From a virus: DNA of 43,821 nucleotides. Of the stretch, positions 9,231-17,741 are shown in pieces; position 1 is the stretch's first letter, and every line of letters starts with the position of its first letter. Both the position numbers and the translations under genes were made by a program. Below the pieces are notes generated by a model that saw nothing but the letters and a program-made list of their open reading frames with translations, did no database searches and was not told the DNA's origin. The stretch lies in UHGV virus genome UHGV-0374465; one strand, written 5' to 3'.

Positions 9231-10454
9231 TTATTCTCCTGTACCTGCTGACGCCGCTGCCGCTGTATCAAGCGTTAAGAATTTACCCGCTGCTGCGTCT
9301 ACTTTTTTAACGTCAAAACGCATAGCTGCGGCTAGAATTTCTCCATAGTGTTGATGTTCTTGCCAGCGAACAGCCATTTCATTACGGTCAAAGAATGATG
9401 TAAATCCAGCTGGATCACCCAAGAAGGCTACTTTTTTATTGGGAGCTTCTGCTCCTGCTAACAATTTATCAGACAGAACTGTTACATTCAAACCAAGTAG
9501 AGATTTACCTGATTGAGCAGTAATTGAAGGTTGTAACAGGTAACGTCCTTCATTGTCTTTCATTAAGTCTACTTCATTATAGAATGATTGAGAAACTACA
9601 AACTGTAAGTTATATGCTGGGTCAAACTCAGTGTTAATAATTGTTTTGATTTCATCCAAATTCTTAACCGTTTTAGCCGTTGCAGTTTTCAAGTTTGCAA
9701 CAATTTGAGCATTTGCTGTGTTCAATGTAATACGTTGAATATGACGTGCAATTAAAGCGCCCAAATCTTCGTCTGAATCATCTAAAGACTCACGAGAAAC
9801 TGGAATTTGTCCACGATACGTGTCAACATCATACAATACATTTTCAAATTGTGGTTTATCCAAGTCTGGATTTGCTTCAAGTTCTTCAACAGTGTGCATT
9901 ACTGCTTCTGTTGACTTCAAGATAGGGTATTTACCAGTTGGAGTGCTTACTTTCACTGTTTGAACTAGATTTCGTAGATCTACAACTGTTTCAGGTAACA
10001 TTTTTGTTTTTGTAACAATATCTTGAGGAATAATAGCACCTACATCAGTTGATTTTACACCTTCTGGAAGTGCACGCAAGTCCATCTTAGGGTTATGAGA
10101 ACGTACATAATTTAAAAATCCACGAACTTCTGTTTCTGGCTGAGAGATTTCTTTTCCATCTAACACTACTTTTTCCATATTTTCTTCTTCTCCTTCTTGC
10201 TCTAATGAGCGTTTTTCTTCATCTTTTGGTTGTTCTTCAGGTTGTTCTTCTGTTTCTGGTTCTTTTTGTTCTTCTTTTTCTTCAACTTTTGTTTCTTCAA
10301 CAACTTTATCTTCTTCAGGCTGCTCTTCAGAAGCTTTATTTTCTAACTCTTCTGCATCATGTTTCTTAATTGCGTCAACTAAACTACGTGCTTCCTCAAA
10401 TTTGCCTTCTGACAATAAATCATGTGCTTTTTTGATTTGCTCTTCACGATTCAA
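9231..10454 (-). CDS. Major capsid protein (HK97 fold) with a long Glu/Lys-rich N-terminal delta domain
   Basis: 407 aa downstream of the protease. TTG start with an AAGGAG RBS. The acidic low-complexity region spans residues ~30-95. Confidence 0.8.
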   Translation of the reverse strand: MNREEQIKKAHDLLSEGKFEEARSLVDAIKKHDAEELENKASEEQPEEDKVVEETKVEEKEEQKEPETEEQPEEQPKDEEKRSLEQEGEEENMEKVVLDGKEISQPETEVRGFLNYVRSHNPKMDLRALPEGVKSTDVGAIIPQDIVTKTKMLPETVVDLRNLVQTVKVSTPTGKYPILKSTEAVMHTVEELEANPDLDKPQFENVLYDVDTYRGQIPVSRESLDDSDEDLGALIARHIQRITLNTANAQIVANLKTATAKTVKNLDEIKTIINTEFDPAYNLQFVVSQSFYNEVDLMKDNEGRYLLQPSITAQSGKSLLGLNVTVLSDKLLAGAEAPNKKVAFLGDPAGFTSFFDRNEMAVRWQEHQHYGEILAAAMRFDVKKVDAAAGKFLTLDTAAAASAGTGE

Positions 10455-10487
10455 TCAATCTCACTCCTTCACTAGCTTTCTGTTTTA

Positions 10488-10498
10488 ATTATAGCATA
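10488..10498 (-). promoter_or_regulatory. Conserved extended -10 element TATGCTATAAT upstream of the capsid gene
   Basis: Minus strand reads atatcTATGCTATAATtaaaac, about 35 nt before the capsid TTG start. Confidence 0.4.
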
Positions 10499-10523
10499 GA
10501 TATAAGAAGTTGTGGGCTTTAAA

Positions 10524-11075
10524 TTACAAGCCCAACAGCTCCAATTCAACTTCTAAGCGTTGCTTCTCTAATTCATTAACGGCTTCTTCTAGTGAACGTG
10601 TAGCAACTCGTACATCTGTGTCATCATAGGCTGGAATTGATACTAGTGAAATTTCTAATAATGAACCTATCTTATTAATTGAACGTTTCATAATGTCTTT
10701 ACCTTTTGTCCATTTGTCTTTCTTAACTGTGAAACCAAATGAGCATTGATTCAAATCACCTCGTTTTACAAGTTCCATTGCGTCACGCCCGTTACTTGTG
10801 TCAGGAAGTACACAACGAAAATGTAAACCAATGTCATCTACATTCAGTTGCAGTGTTCCGCTTGACGTGCGTCCTAATAATTTACTAGAGTCGTGATCCA
10901 TAAAACAACGTACGTCTGTTAAATCTACACCATCTAATGCTTCTGGTGAAATTGTCTCCACAAATCCACCTAAATTACGTGATTCTTTATTGAATTTTAG
11001 TGCGTACCCTTCTACTACATTATCCTCTGTCTTCTCCAGTGTCTGTAGGGCTCTGATTTCCAAGTTCTTCTTCAT
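10524..11075 (-). CDS. Prohead protease (HK97/S78 family)
   Basis: EGYALKFN...SFGF...ISLVSIPAY motifs. The RBS-supported start at 11075 overlaps the portal 3' end by ~55 nt. Confidence 0.8.
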   Translation of the reverse strand: MKKNLEIRALQTLEKTEDNVVEGYALKFNKESRNLGGFVETISPEALDGVDLTDVRCFMDHDSSKLLGRTSSGTLQLNVDDIGLHFRCVLPDTSNGRDAMELVKRGDLNQCSFGFTVKKDKWTKGKDIMKRSINKIGSLLEISLVSIPAYDDTDVRVATRSLEEAVNELEKQRLEVELELLGL

Positions 11076-12225
11076 TAACATCCACTTCCTGTTCTGTTTT
11101 ATTTTCAGTTGTTTCTGGTGTTTGACCAAGTAGGGCATCTCCTCCTTCAATCTCAGTAAACCCAAGGTATCCACGCGCGTCATTTACAGTTAGTGCTTGT
11201 GCAAACTCAGACTTAACTCTTCCTTCTGCGATTCTACGCAATCTATCCTCTTTTGTATCTTGACGTAGTTTAGATAAATCTAACTCCAACTCTACTCCTA
11301 ATTTCAGATTTATCTCATCACAGATAGATGATTCATACATAGCAATCGTACTGGCAATATATATGTCATTCTGACCTGTGTCAGATGAGTTGACTAGTTC
11401 TTGTCCAAATCTACTTACTGGAATACCCAATACTTTGGCAATTTGCTGCGTACTAAATTTGTTAGCTTGAATCAATTTTAGTACTTCTGTATTGATTTTA
11501 CTGTCAGTGAACTCTTGCGAGTCATCTATTACGACAACCCCACCGTTGCCGTTCACTGCTTCAAAGTCATCTCTAATTTGTTTCTTAGCACTGTTGTTAA
11601 CTGTACCATTTAATAGTTTAAGAATACCTCCAGAAAAGACGCCTTTTGAAAAGAAATTATTTAGTACTTTTAACCCATTAGTTTGTAATGATATTTCGTC
11701 GTTTAATGATAAGAGTGGTGAGCGTCCTAGCCAACCATCTGTTGTGCTTAATTTGAAGTGTAAAATATCACGTGGGTCACATTTGTACATAATATTCCCA
11801 TATGGCATATTAACCTCATATCTGTATAAGCCTGTCACCAAGTCTCTGATAACATTAACCTGTTGTGTTTCTACAAACTCTAACTCTTTTACACTATCGT
11901 CATTATTTCTATGAATGAGAACATATGCGTTTCCTGTTAGAATAAGGTTTGAAACCACTGCATACATCATGGTGTAGTGGGATTGATTTTCCTTTGGTTC
12001 TTTATTTAATATGTGCAACAAACTTTCATCAATCGTTGTAGTCTCTGCAGGTTTAAATGGACTTTGAGCAATGTCTCCAGCAATGATGTTGACTCCAGTA
12101 TAAATATCTGAGTTTGTCAATGCTTTTAGGCCTGTAAAGTTGGTAGTGTAAACTGTTCCAGTATTGATATAATCAATAAATTGTTGCTCTGTTACTGGAT
12201 TTCCGTTGTTTATGAATAATCCCAT
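11020..12225 (-). CDS. Portal protein
   Basis: 401 aa. Position after terL. HK97-type portal. Confidence 0.85.
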   Translation of the reverse strand: MGLFINNGNPVTEQQFIDYINTGTVYTTNFTGLKALTNSDIYTGVNIIAGDIAQSPFKPAETTTIDESLLHILNKEPKENQSHYTMMYAVVSNLILTGNAYVLIHRNNDDSVKELEFVETQQVNVIRDLVTGLYRYEVNMPYGNIMYKCDPRDILHFKLSTTDGWLGRSPLLSLNDEISLQTNGLKVLNNFFSKGVFSGGILKLLNGTVNNSAKKQIRDDFEAVNGNGGVVVIDDSQEFTDSKINTEVLKLIQANKFSTQQIAKVLGIPVSRFGQELVNSSDTGQNDIYIASTIAMYESSICDEINLKLGVELELDLSKLRQDTKEDRLRRIAEGRVKSEFAQALTVNDARGYLGFTEIEGGDALLGQTPETTENKTEQEVDVNEEELGNQSPTDTGEDRG

Positions 12226-12235
12226 TTATTATGAC

Positions 12236-12408
12236 CTCCCTTCTCCTGAATTAGTGGCTTCATGATATAAAACAATGGTTGGTATCATGAATAGTATACC
12301 ACAGGTGAACAATCCTATGATATTTGATACTAAAAACGCTGATAAAGCGATAAATACTGCGCTAATTATATACAAAACAGCTACAATAACCGCAACAAAT
12401 TTCATGTT
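12236..12408 (-). CDS. Small membrane protein (57 aa, below the ORF-track cutoff)
   Basis: AAAGGAG RBS + ATG. Hydrophobic MKFVAVIVAVLYIISAVFIALSAFLV... Lies between the terL terminator and the portal gene. Confidence 0.4.
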
Positions 12409-12458
12409 TTCACGCTCCTTTTGCGATATTTCTAACTCTATTTTAACACAAAATATAA

Positions 12459-12486
12459 GAAAAAAGTATGCTGTTTAGGCATACTC
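12459..12486 (-). terminator. Rho-independent terminator after terL
   Basis: agtatgc-tgtttag-gcatact hairpin followed by TTTTTT on the minus strand. Confidence 0.6.
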
Positions 12487-12498
12487 TCATGTGGTGTA

Positions 12499-14274
12499 TT
12501 AGTAACCGAAACCAAACTCTCCACTATCTAGTAAATCTTGCAATGTTGGAGCGTCATAATCATGATATTGAGCGTCACTCATCGCATTTATTATGGCATC
12601 AAGTGAGTCGATTTTATTTCTGTTTATTTGCTTATCAATTGCAACGCTGTCATTGTACTCTTTAATTATAGCATTGTATGCAGCACGATTCAATAAAGGG
12701 TTATTGGTGTGCATTACTTCACCTCTACGAATTAACTCACGCAAGGCTCTTGTTGGTGAAGATAAATAGTTTATTTTCTGTGGTACTTCAATTAGCTTTT
12801 TGGGATATGTTTTACTTAAATTAATCAAAGCTTTATCCATCATAAATGGATCATAATAGATTCCAATCAGTTGTAAATCATTATAATCTATAAAGTCACG
12901 TATCCAGTCGCACATTTCTTCTGTATCAATCAAGCCATCATCCCGTTGTGATATATGAATAAGGTTCATTGACTCATACTGTCTATAAGGTATTTTATCA
13001 ATTGACTGTTTATGGTCAATACCTCCTACTGATGATACAAAACCATGTGTATCTAGTAATAGCTTGTGCTCTTCTTCTATTGGAATAATCCATGAAACCG
13101 CGGTCATGTCTGATGTTCTAGCTAAGTCAATACCAATGTATACTTTTCTACCTCTAATATCATAATTAGTAGGTGCTTTCACTGAGTCCCATTCTTCTTT
13201 GGTCACAAAGCTATCTTTAGAGGATTGCACCCAGAAATTCATTTCTTTAGTTAACCAGCCAGATAAATCCATTTTACCTTTGTACTCATCTAAAGAGTTG
13301 TTTTTGTGTTCCATCATTGAGTCCCACGCTTCTGGAATTTCAAATAATGGATTGGATTTGATCCAGTTTGTAGGATCATCCACCTCAGCAAGTGAGTCCA
13401 TTTCCCAACAAAGAGCCAAATAAGCGTCACCTTTTACTTCCTCATTTAACAACTTCTCTACAAATGGATATTCTTCTGTATGCATGGGTCCATTTAAATT
13501 TTTTGTAGTGGTTGAAATAATCATGATTAAGCCTTCAACCTGTTGTGCTTGTGAAGATTCTAATACTTGAATAATATCTGATGTTTTAGCTTCTCCATAC
13601 TCATCCAGAATACCGCATAGCACATCTAATCCATCCAATGTTTCTGCGTCACTTGACAACTGTTTCATAGTTGAAAAGTCTGATAACTCTACCCCCTCAC
13701 GTTTTGTGATTTTACTTCGTTTCTTAACCTCTGGTGATACATTACGCAGTGCATATAGATACTTTACTAGCATTCCATATACAATACCTGCTTGATCTTT
13801 TGTGTTTGCTGCTGCCACTACCTGTCTAGAAGCTTTTGGATTTTTACCAAATAGCAGCTCATATAGTGCAATCCCTGCTACGAGAATAGACTTACCATTC
13901 TTACGTGCTAATGAAATATATGCTTTTCTAAAACGTCTGGTATTGTCTTTCTTTTTTCTCCATCCATAAATCAAACCAACGATGAATTTCTGAAATGTTG
14001 CTAACTTCATTGGCTGACGTGATTTGGGGTCTGGTAACATTTCAATAAAGTTCACTACTGGCACAGCTTCTTCTGGTCTATAAATATATGGATACGATTT
14101 ATCTTCAGATTTTTTCATATCCTTTTGATGTCTTTCAATTGCTTGTTTGATTTTTTTACCAACTCTGATTTCAACCTTAATAGGTTTATAATAATCTTCT
14201 TCTACTATATATTTACGTCCTTCAATCCATCCTGTTTCAATAAGATTAATATAGTCTTGTACATAGTCTACCAT
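12499..14274 (-). CDS. terL: Terminase large subunit
   Basis: 591 aa. Walker A at LARKNGKS. Terminase_1-like nuclease C-terminus. Confidence 0.9.
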   Translation of the reverse strand: MVDYVQDYINLIETGWIEGRKYIVEEDYYKPIKVEIRVGKKIKQAIERHQKDMKKSEDKSYPYIYRPEEAVPVVNFIEMLPDPKSRQPMKLATFQKFIVGLIYGWRKKKDNTRRFRKAYISLARKNGKSILVAGIALYELLFGKNPKASRQVVAAANTKDQAGIVYGMLVKYLYALRNVSPEVKKRSKITKREGVELSDFSTMKQLSSDAETLDGLDVLCGILDEYGEAKTSDIIQVLESSQAQQVEGLIMIISTTTKNLNGPMHTEEYPFVEKLLNEEVKGDAYLALCWEMDSLAEVDDPTNWIKSNPLFEIPEAWDSMMEHKNNSLDEYKGKMDLSGWLTKEMNFWVQSSKDSFVTKEEWDSVKAPTNYDIRGRKVYIGIDLARTSDMTAVSWIIPIEEEHKLLLDTHGFVSSVGGIDHKQSIDKIPYRQYESMNLIHISQRDDGLIDTEEMCDWIRDFIDYNDLQLIGIYYDPFMMDKALINLSKTYPKKLIEVPQKINYLSSPTRALRELIRRGEVMHTNNPLLNRAAYNAIIKEYNDSVAIDKQINRNKIDSLDAIINAMSDAQYHDYDAPTLQDLLDSGEFGFGY

Positions 14275-14306
14275 TTATGTATCCTCCTTTTATGCTAGTC
14301 ACTTAT

Positions 14307-14317
14307 ATTATAGCATA
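14307..14317 (-). promoter_or_regulatory. Conserved extended -10 element TATGCTATAAT directly upstream of terL
   Basis: Minus strand reads tttttTATGCTATAATataag, 35 nt before the terL ATG and just after a terminator. Confidence 0.4.
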
Positions 14318-14350
14318 AAAAAATACCCACTAGTTAGCTAGACTAGTGGG
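14317..14350 (-). terminator. Rho-independent terminator (hairpin CCCACTAGT-tagctag-ACTAGTGGG + T-run) at the end of the inter-terS/terL element
   Basis: 9 bp GC-rich stem followed by TATTTTTTT on the minus strand. Confidence 0.65.
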
Positions 14351-14670
14351 TTCATCTACACACCACTAAAGAGTGGGTGAAGCGAGTATCTGCAGGTTTC
14401 CACGCCCTCTGTTATGTGGCTAACTGCTTTGTCGTGCTTGTCGTCAAAGAGGGTCATACTATCACGCATTCGCTAGACACTGTAGCGAGCAGTCGTTTAG
14501 GTGCGCCGTCCACTAGTTAGCTAGACTAGTGGACGGTTAGTATCTGCGAATATACACGCCCTACGTTTAGTGCATATCCACTTTAGTGTGCATGTCGTCA
14601 AGTAGGGCATACTATCACACTATCCGCCAGATACTGTGGCGAGCGGTCGTTTACGTGTGCCGTCCACGAC
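14351..14670 (-). repeat. Two duplicated ~150 bp structured units separated by a 12 bp-stem palindromic hairpin. Candidate ncRNA or packaging-site element.
   Basis: Unit A (14351-14505) and unit B (14537-14670) align with conserved blocks (agtatctgc, catactatcac, gtcgttta, gccgtccac). Two helices covary between copies. No coding capacity. Confidence 0.5.
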
Positions 14671-14789
14671 TGTTCAGTTTCCAACAGCAACCCTTTTTAC
14701 CGTGGAGTGTGGTGAACCACCATTCATTGCCACGTATGGTGCACATAATATCCTTGAATATCAGTGGGTGTCACGTGTACTAGTAAATA

Positions 14790-14818
14790 TATTATAACAC
14801 AAAATCCGACTTCTGTGT
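14790..14818 (-). promoter_or_regulatory. Candidate extended -10 promoter (TGTTATAAT) that could drive transcription of the structured element
   Basis: Minus strand reads aacacagaagtcggattttgTGtTATAAT. The -35 is weak. Confidence 0.3.
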
Positions 14819-14890
14819 TATTTAGTGTATCTAATGTTTACCCCTTATTTGCTATATACATTATACCACATCTATTTAGTTTTGTGTATT

Positions 14891-15355
14891 TTATCCCTCA
14901 AACATTTTTGCGAATGGGTCAAGTACTTCTTTTTCTTTCTCTGCTGGAAGAATAATTTTCATTCTTGAATTGATTGTTAATCCAAGGTCATTGGTTGCCG
15001 TTTTAAGCTCTTTTGAGTATGAGTTCATCGCATTTACCCATGGGTTGGCTTTACCTGTCTCAGGGTCAATAGCGCCCATCTGTGCAACCTTCTCCACTGC
15101 TTCCCCATATAGATAATTGTAGTTACAATATCTAATGACTGTATTAACGTCTAATTCAGAAATAGGTAAGTCACCTACATAAGCGCCAATGCGATCCCAT
15201 TCGTTGAATGCTTGTGGTAATAAACCTGGTGGATAAAAACTGAAGTCTAACTTTTCGTAGTTGTAAAGTACTTCTTCCTCCTTCTCACGCTCTTCTCGTT
15301 GCTGAGTGGTCAAGTTACCACTCTGAGCGTTTAATAATTTTCGTGGTCTTGCCAT
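14891..15355 (-). CDS. terS: Terminase small subunit (P27 family)
   Basis: 154 aa starting MARPRK..., upstream of terL in an HNH-cos type module. Confidence 0.75.
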   Translation of the reverse strand: MARPRKLLNAQSGNLTTQQREEREKEEEVLYNYEKLDFSFYPPGLLPQAFNEWDRIGAYVGDLPISELDVNTVIRYCNYNYLYGEAVEKVAQMGAIDPETGKANPWVNAMNSYSKELKTATNDLGLTINSRMKIILPAEKEKEVLDPFAKMFEG

Positions 15356-15361
15356 TTATTT

Positions 15362-15652
15362 TCACTCCTTAATTTCTTTTATGAATTTAATTACAATTAC
15401 TCTAGAATCATAATCAATAGTTAATTCATATTGTGCAAAATAATTTGTATCTCCTGAAACAACATCAGCTACTACCATATGATGGTGCCCTTCTTCTCCA
15501 AAAGTTTTATAGCTCTCCATAAGGTTTAATACCCCATATTCTTTACCATCAATAATAAACTCAGGAGCATATGTTTTATTTTCAATACGCTTATATTCCA
15601 CGTTTTCAATAGGTATTGATGTATATCCCTCTTCCTGATAATATAAAATCAT
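15362..15652 (-). CDS. Hypothetical protein
   Basis: 96 aa with an RBS, between the 60 aa ORF and terS. Confidence 0.5.
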   Translation of the reverse strand: MILYYQEEGYTSIPIENVEYKRIENKTYAPEFIIDGKEYGVLNLMESYKTFGEEGHHHMVVADVVSGDTNYFAQYELTIDYDSRVIVIKFIKEIKE

Positions 15653-15654
15653 GT

Positions 15655-15837
15655 TTAATCCTCCTTTGGAGCTTCTGTAATTTCAAAGTGACGATTGCGT
15701 CCGCCTAATTTTGTTTTAATATCCTTAAAGTAGCCACGCTTTTTATTATAAAAATCATCTGCTGCAAATTGTGATTTGAATTTGCGTGTCTGCCCAGTTG
15801 ATAAATCTTTTACGTACACTGGTTTTGGTGCAGGCAT
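15655..15837 (-). CDS. Hypothetical basic protein
   Basis: 60 aa, GGGAGG RBS. Confidence 0.45.
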   Translation of the reverse strand: MPAPKPVYVKDLSTGQTRKFKSQFAADDFYNKKRGYFKDIKTKLGGRNRHFEITEAPKED

Positions 15838-15894
15838 TGTATAACCTCCCTTATTTTATTTTTGAGTTAACGGCTAACTCCCTTACATAGCTTT

Positions 15895-15905
15895 ATTATA
15901 TCATA
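15895..15905 (-). promoter_or_regulatory. Extended -10 element TATGATATAAT (variant of the late motif)
   Basis: Minus strand reads tttaTATGATATAATaaagc, upstream of the 60aa-96aa-terS cluster. Confidence 0.35.
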
Positions 15906-16084
15906 TAAAAAGAACCCTGTGTAAAGAAACCAGGGTTCAATCGTGTTTACTAAGGGAACAATCGTATAAGAGAAATAACATACTATATATAGTGTGATTC
16001 CTTTATTTTCAACACAAGAAACCAGGTTTTAATCACGTTTACGAGGGGAAAATGGCATTTTTCAAAGTTCATTTTTAGAATTTC

Positions 16085-16186
16085 GTGCGAAGAAGAGGGG
16101 GCAGCGATTAATTCGTTATAAAAAGGTAGGCGGGTAAAAACATTTTGGGTCTCCCTAAAAATGTTTTTGTCTGCGCGCTTGTTGAT
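16085..16186. other. GC-rich non-coding segment downstream of HNH. Candidate cos/packaging site.
   Basis: gaagaagagggggcagcg...ggtaggcggg...gtctgcgcgcttg, unusually GC-rich for this genome. Adjacent ~35 bp direct repeats at 15923-15957 and 16015-16050. Confidence 0.25.
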
Positions 16187-16579
16187 TTAGCGCTGTTCCC
16201 TACCTCTATTTTTCCAACTGTAGTTATGTTCTTCCTTGTTATGACACTCGTAACAGATTGACTCTAAGTTATTTAAATCAAGTCTATGTTTCCATCCGTT
16301 TGGACTTCTTAATTCTATCTTATGGTGAACCATGTTAGCGTTGGTGTACTTGCCTTGTGCTAAGCATACCTCGCAGAGTGGTTGCTCCATTAGCTTGGCT
16401 TTACGTGCGTTCCTCCATTGGGTTGAATGATAGAAGTTACTGTACTTCTTGTTGTCTTCGTTGTATCTCACGTGCTTATTGTATTGGCTATTGTTGTACC
16501 CTTGATGTGCGTCACAGTAGCGCTCAGGTAGCGTGACATAGTTGCGACATGAAGCCACTGCACACTTACGTTGTGGCAT
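16187..16579 (-). CDS. HNH endonuclease (packaging-associated)
   Basis: C-x4-C ... HHKIELRSPNGW ... CYECHNKEEH. RBS-supported start at 16579 (MPQRKCAVASC). Classic HNH-TerS-TerL arrangement. Confidence 0.85.
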   Translation of the reverse strand: MPQRKCAVASCRNYVTLPERYCDAHQGYNNSQYNKHVRYNEDNKKYSNFYHSTQWRNARKAKLMEQPLCEVCLAQGKYTNANMVHHKIELRSPNGWKHRLDLNNLESICYECHNKEEHNYSWKNRGREQR

Positions 16580-16622
16580 TGTGTTACTCCTTTCTACTAT
16601 TGTATAGAAGAAAAGACTACTA

Positions 16623-16781
16623 TTATTTAGTAGTCTTTTTTGCTTTAACAACAATCTTGTCTGTTGGTTGTTCTACTTTGACTGAGTCAGGTAGCTTTGC
16701 TGGCTGATGTTTGGCACAGTATTGTGCTGGTAGCTTAACTGTTTCGTTACACCCTTCGTGATTGCAGTACATATATGGCAA
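16623..16781 (-). CDS. Small Cys-rich protein (52 aa) resembling the N-terminal zinc-ribbon motif of the HNH protein
   Basis: GGGAGGTG RBS + TTG. YCNHEGCNETVKLPAQYCAKHQ versus HNH CAVASCRNYVTLPERYCDAHQ. Confidence 0.35.
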   Translation of the reverse strand: MPYMYCNHEGCNETVKLPAQYCAKHQPAKLPDSVKVEQPTDKIVVKAKKTTK

Positions 16782-16813
16782 GTGGAACACCTCCCTTCAG
16801 TATTAAATAAGTA

Positions 16814-16981
16814 CTAGAAATTATAGTCTTGTTTCTTACGTACAATCATGTCATGACTCTTTACTATCTTAATGGCTTCTTCAAGTGTTGGTTCTTTATT
16901 GGATTTATATGCCTCTAGTTTACGATACTCGTTTAATAAGTCTGTTTTATTTAGTGCTAGTAGTTGTTTGTCTGTCTTCAT
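16814..16981 (-). CDS. Hypothetical protein (55 aa)
   Basis: GGAGG RBS + 9 nt + ATG. Confidence 0.4.
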   Translation of the reverse strand: MKTDKQLLALNKTDLLNEYRKLEAYKSNKEPTLEEAIKIVKSHDMIVRKKQDYNF

Positions 16982-17135
16982 TGTTTAAGTCCTCCAATAA
17001 ACCAGTAATATAATAAGTAACTTCTTCTAAATTATCTGTTGTAAATCCTTGTTGATTATTTTCGCTTTCATAGTATTCAACAAAATATTTGTTTTTCTCA
17101 GTGTCTAAATTAATATTGATATTGATCTTTATCAT
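16947..17135 (-). CDS. Hypothetical acidic protein
   Basis: 62 aa, AGGAGG RBS, ATGA overlap with the upstream gene. Confidence 0.5.
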   Translation of the reverse strand: MIKINININLDTEKNKYFVEYYESENNQQGFTTDNLEEVTYYITGLLEDLNNEDRQTTTSTK

Positions 17136-17320
17136 TTACGATTACCTCCTAATAACCAGCTCCATACGATAACCAGTTGTGCAATGGCAAAAGCCCAATC
17201 ACCTTGCTGGAATAATTGATATGGTAACTTCATACCTAAATATATAGCAATATACCCAAAACCAATGATAATCAAAAGACTTAATATGATTGATAAAATA
17301 GTTGTCAATATGTCTTTCAT
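17132..17320 (-). CDS. Small membrane protein. First gene of the leftward unit.
   Basis: 62 aa with two predicted TM segments. GGAGGAG RBS. Confidence 0.55.
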   Translation of the reverse strand: MKDILTTILSIILSLLIIIGFGYIAIYLGMKLPYQLFQQGDWAFAIAQLVIVWSWLLGGNRK

Positions 17321-17346
17321 CGTATCTCCTCCTTCTCTTTGTTTCT

Positions 17347-17357
17347 ATTATATCATA
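17347..17357 (-). promoter_or_regulatory. Extended -10 promoter TATGATATAAT for the leftward (late) unit
   Basis: Minus strand reads cttatcTATGATATAATagaaac, ~25 nt upstream of the first minus-strand gene. Confidence 0.4.
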
Positions 17358-17389
17358 GATAAGGGATACTGTGTTGGTTAGGTAAACCA

Positions 17390-17735
17390 GTTATCAGTGA
17401 CAAAAAGTCAGTCTAAAATCGTCATTTTGTCACTAAATAGATTGTTTTTGTCATCGTTTTGTCACTGATTTTGACACCTGAAATCGCTGTAAGCCTTGAT
17501 ATATCTACATTCTTATTTATATAATGACAAAATGACAAAATATTATATATATATTAATTAAAAAATAAAGTTACTACATTATAATGTAGTAACATAGATA
17601 TATGGGCTTAAATAAATTATTTTTTGTCATTGTGTCATTTTGATAAAACTGGTCTATTAAACGTTGATATAATAGGATTCTTTCTGTAAAAATTAGTGAC
17701 AAAATTAATGTCACTGTTTTGTCACTAATTGAACT
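17390..17735. promoter_or_regulatory. Control region with >=10 TGTCA(C/T) boxes, including five TTTTGTCACT-type sites arranged as inverted pairs flanking each divergent promoter, plus an AT-rich core
   Basis: agtgacaaaa at 17396 and ttttgtcact at 17425. ttgtcat, ttgtcac and ttgacac at 17448-17478. tgacaaaatgacaaaa at 17524. ttgtcattgtgtcat at 17624. agtgacaaaa at 17696 and ttttgtcact at 17717. Confidence 0.5.
17570..17593. repeat. Perfect 24 bp palindrome GTTACTACATTATAATGTAGTAAC centred on TATAAT
   Basis: Exact reverse-complement symmetry, inside the AT-rich core of the control region. Confidence 0.6.
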
Positions 17736-17741
17736 AAATAG

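Noticed and set aside
12275-12478. Plus-strand ORF antisense to the terL-portal gap
   Set aside because: No RBS. The minus-strand 57 aa ORF in the same place has an RBS and fits the operon polarity.
14326-14670. Possible CRISPR array (repeated palindromic hairpins)
   Set aside because: Only two hairpin copies, of unequal length. The intervening segments are homologous to each other rather than unique spacers, and there are no cas genes.
14586-14955. Plus-strand ORFs 14586..14783 and 14764..14955 in the terS-terL intergenic element
   Set aside because: No RBS, and they start inside repeat units. The region is better explained as structured non-coding DNA or RNA.
16579-16654. Longer ORF-track starts (HNH at 16654; also 8571, 11183, 19453, 20758, 22807, 23602, 24063, 29641, 30228, 39326)
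   Set aside because: Each has a downstream ATG with a properly spaced Shine-Dalgarno, and the longer versions lack one. The downstream starts were used.
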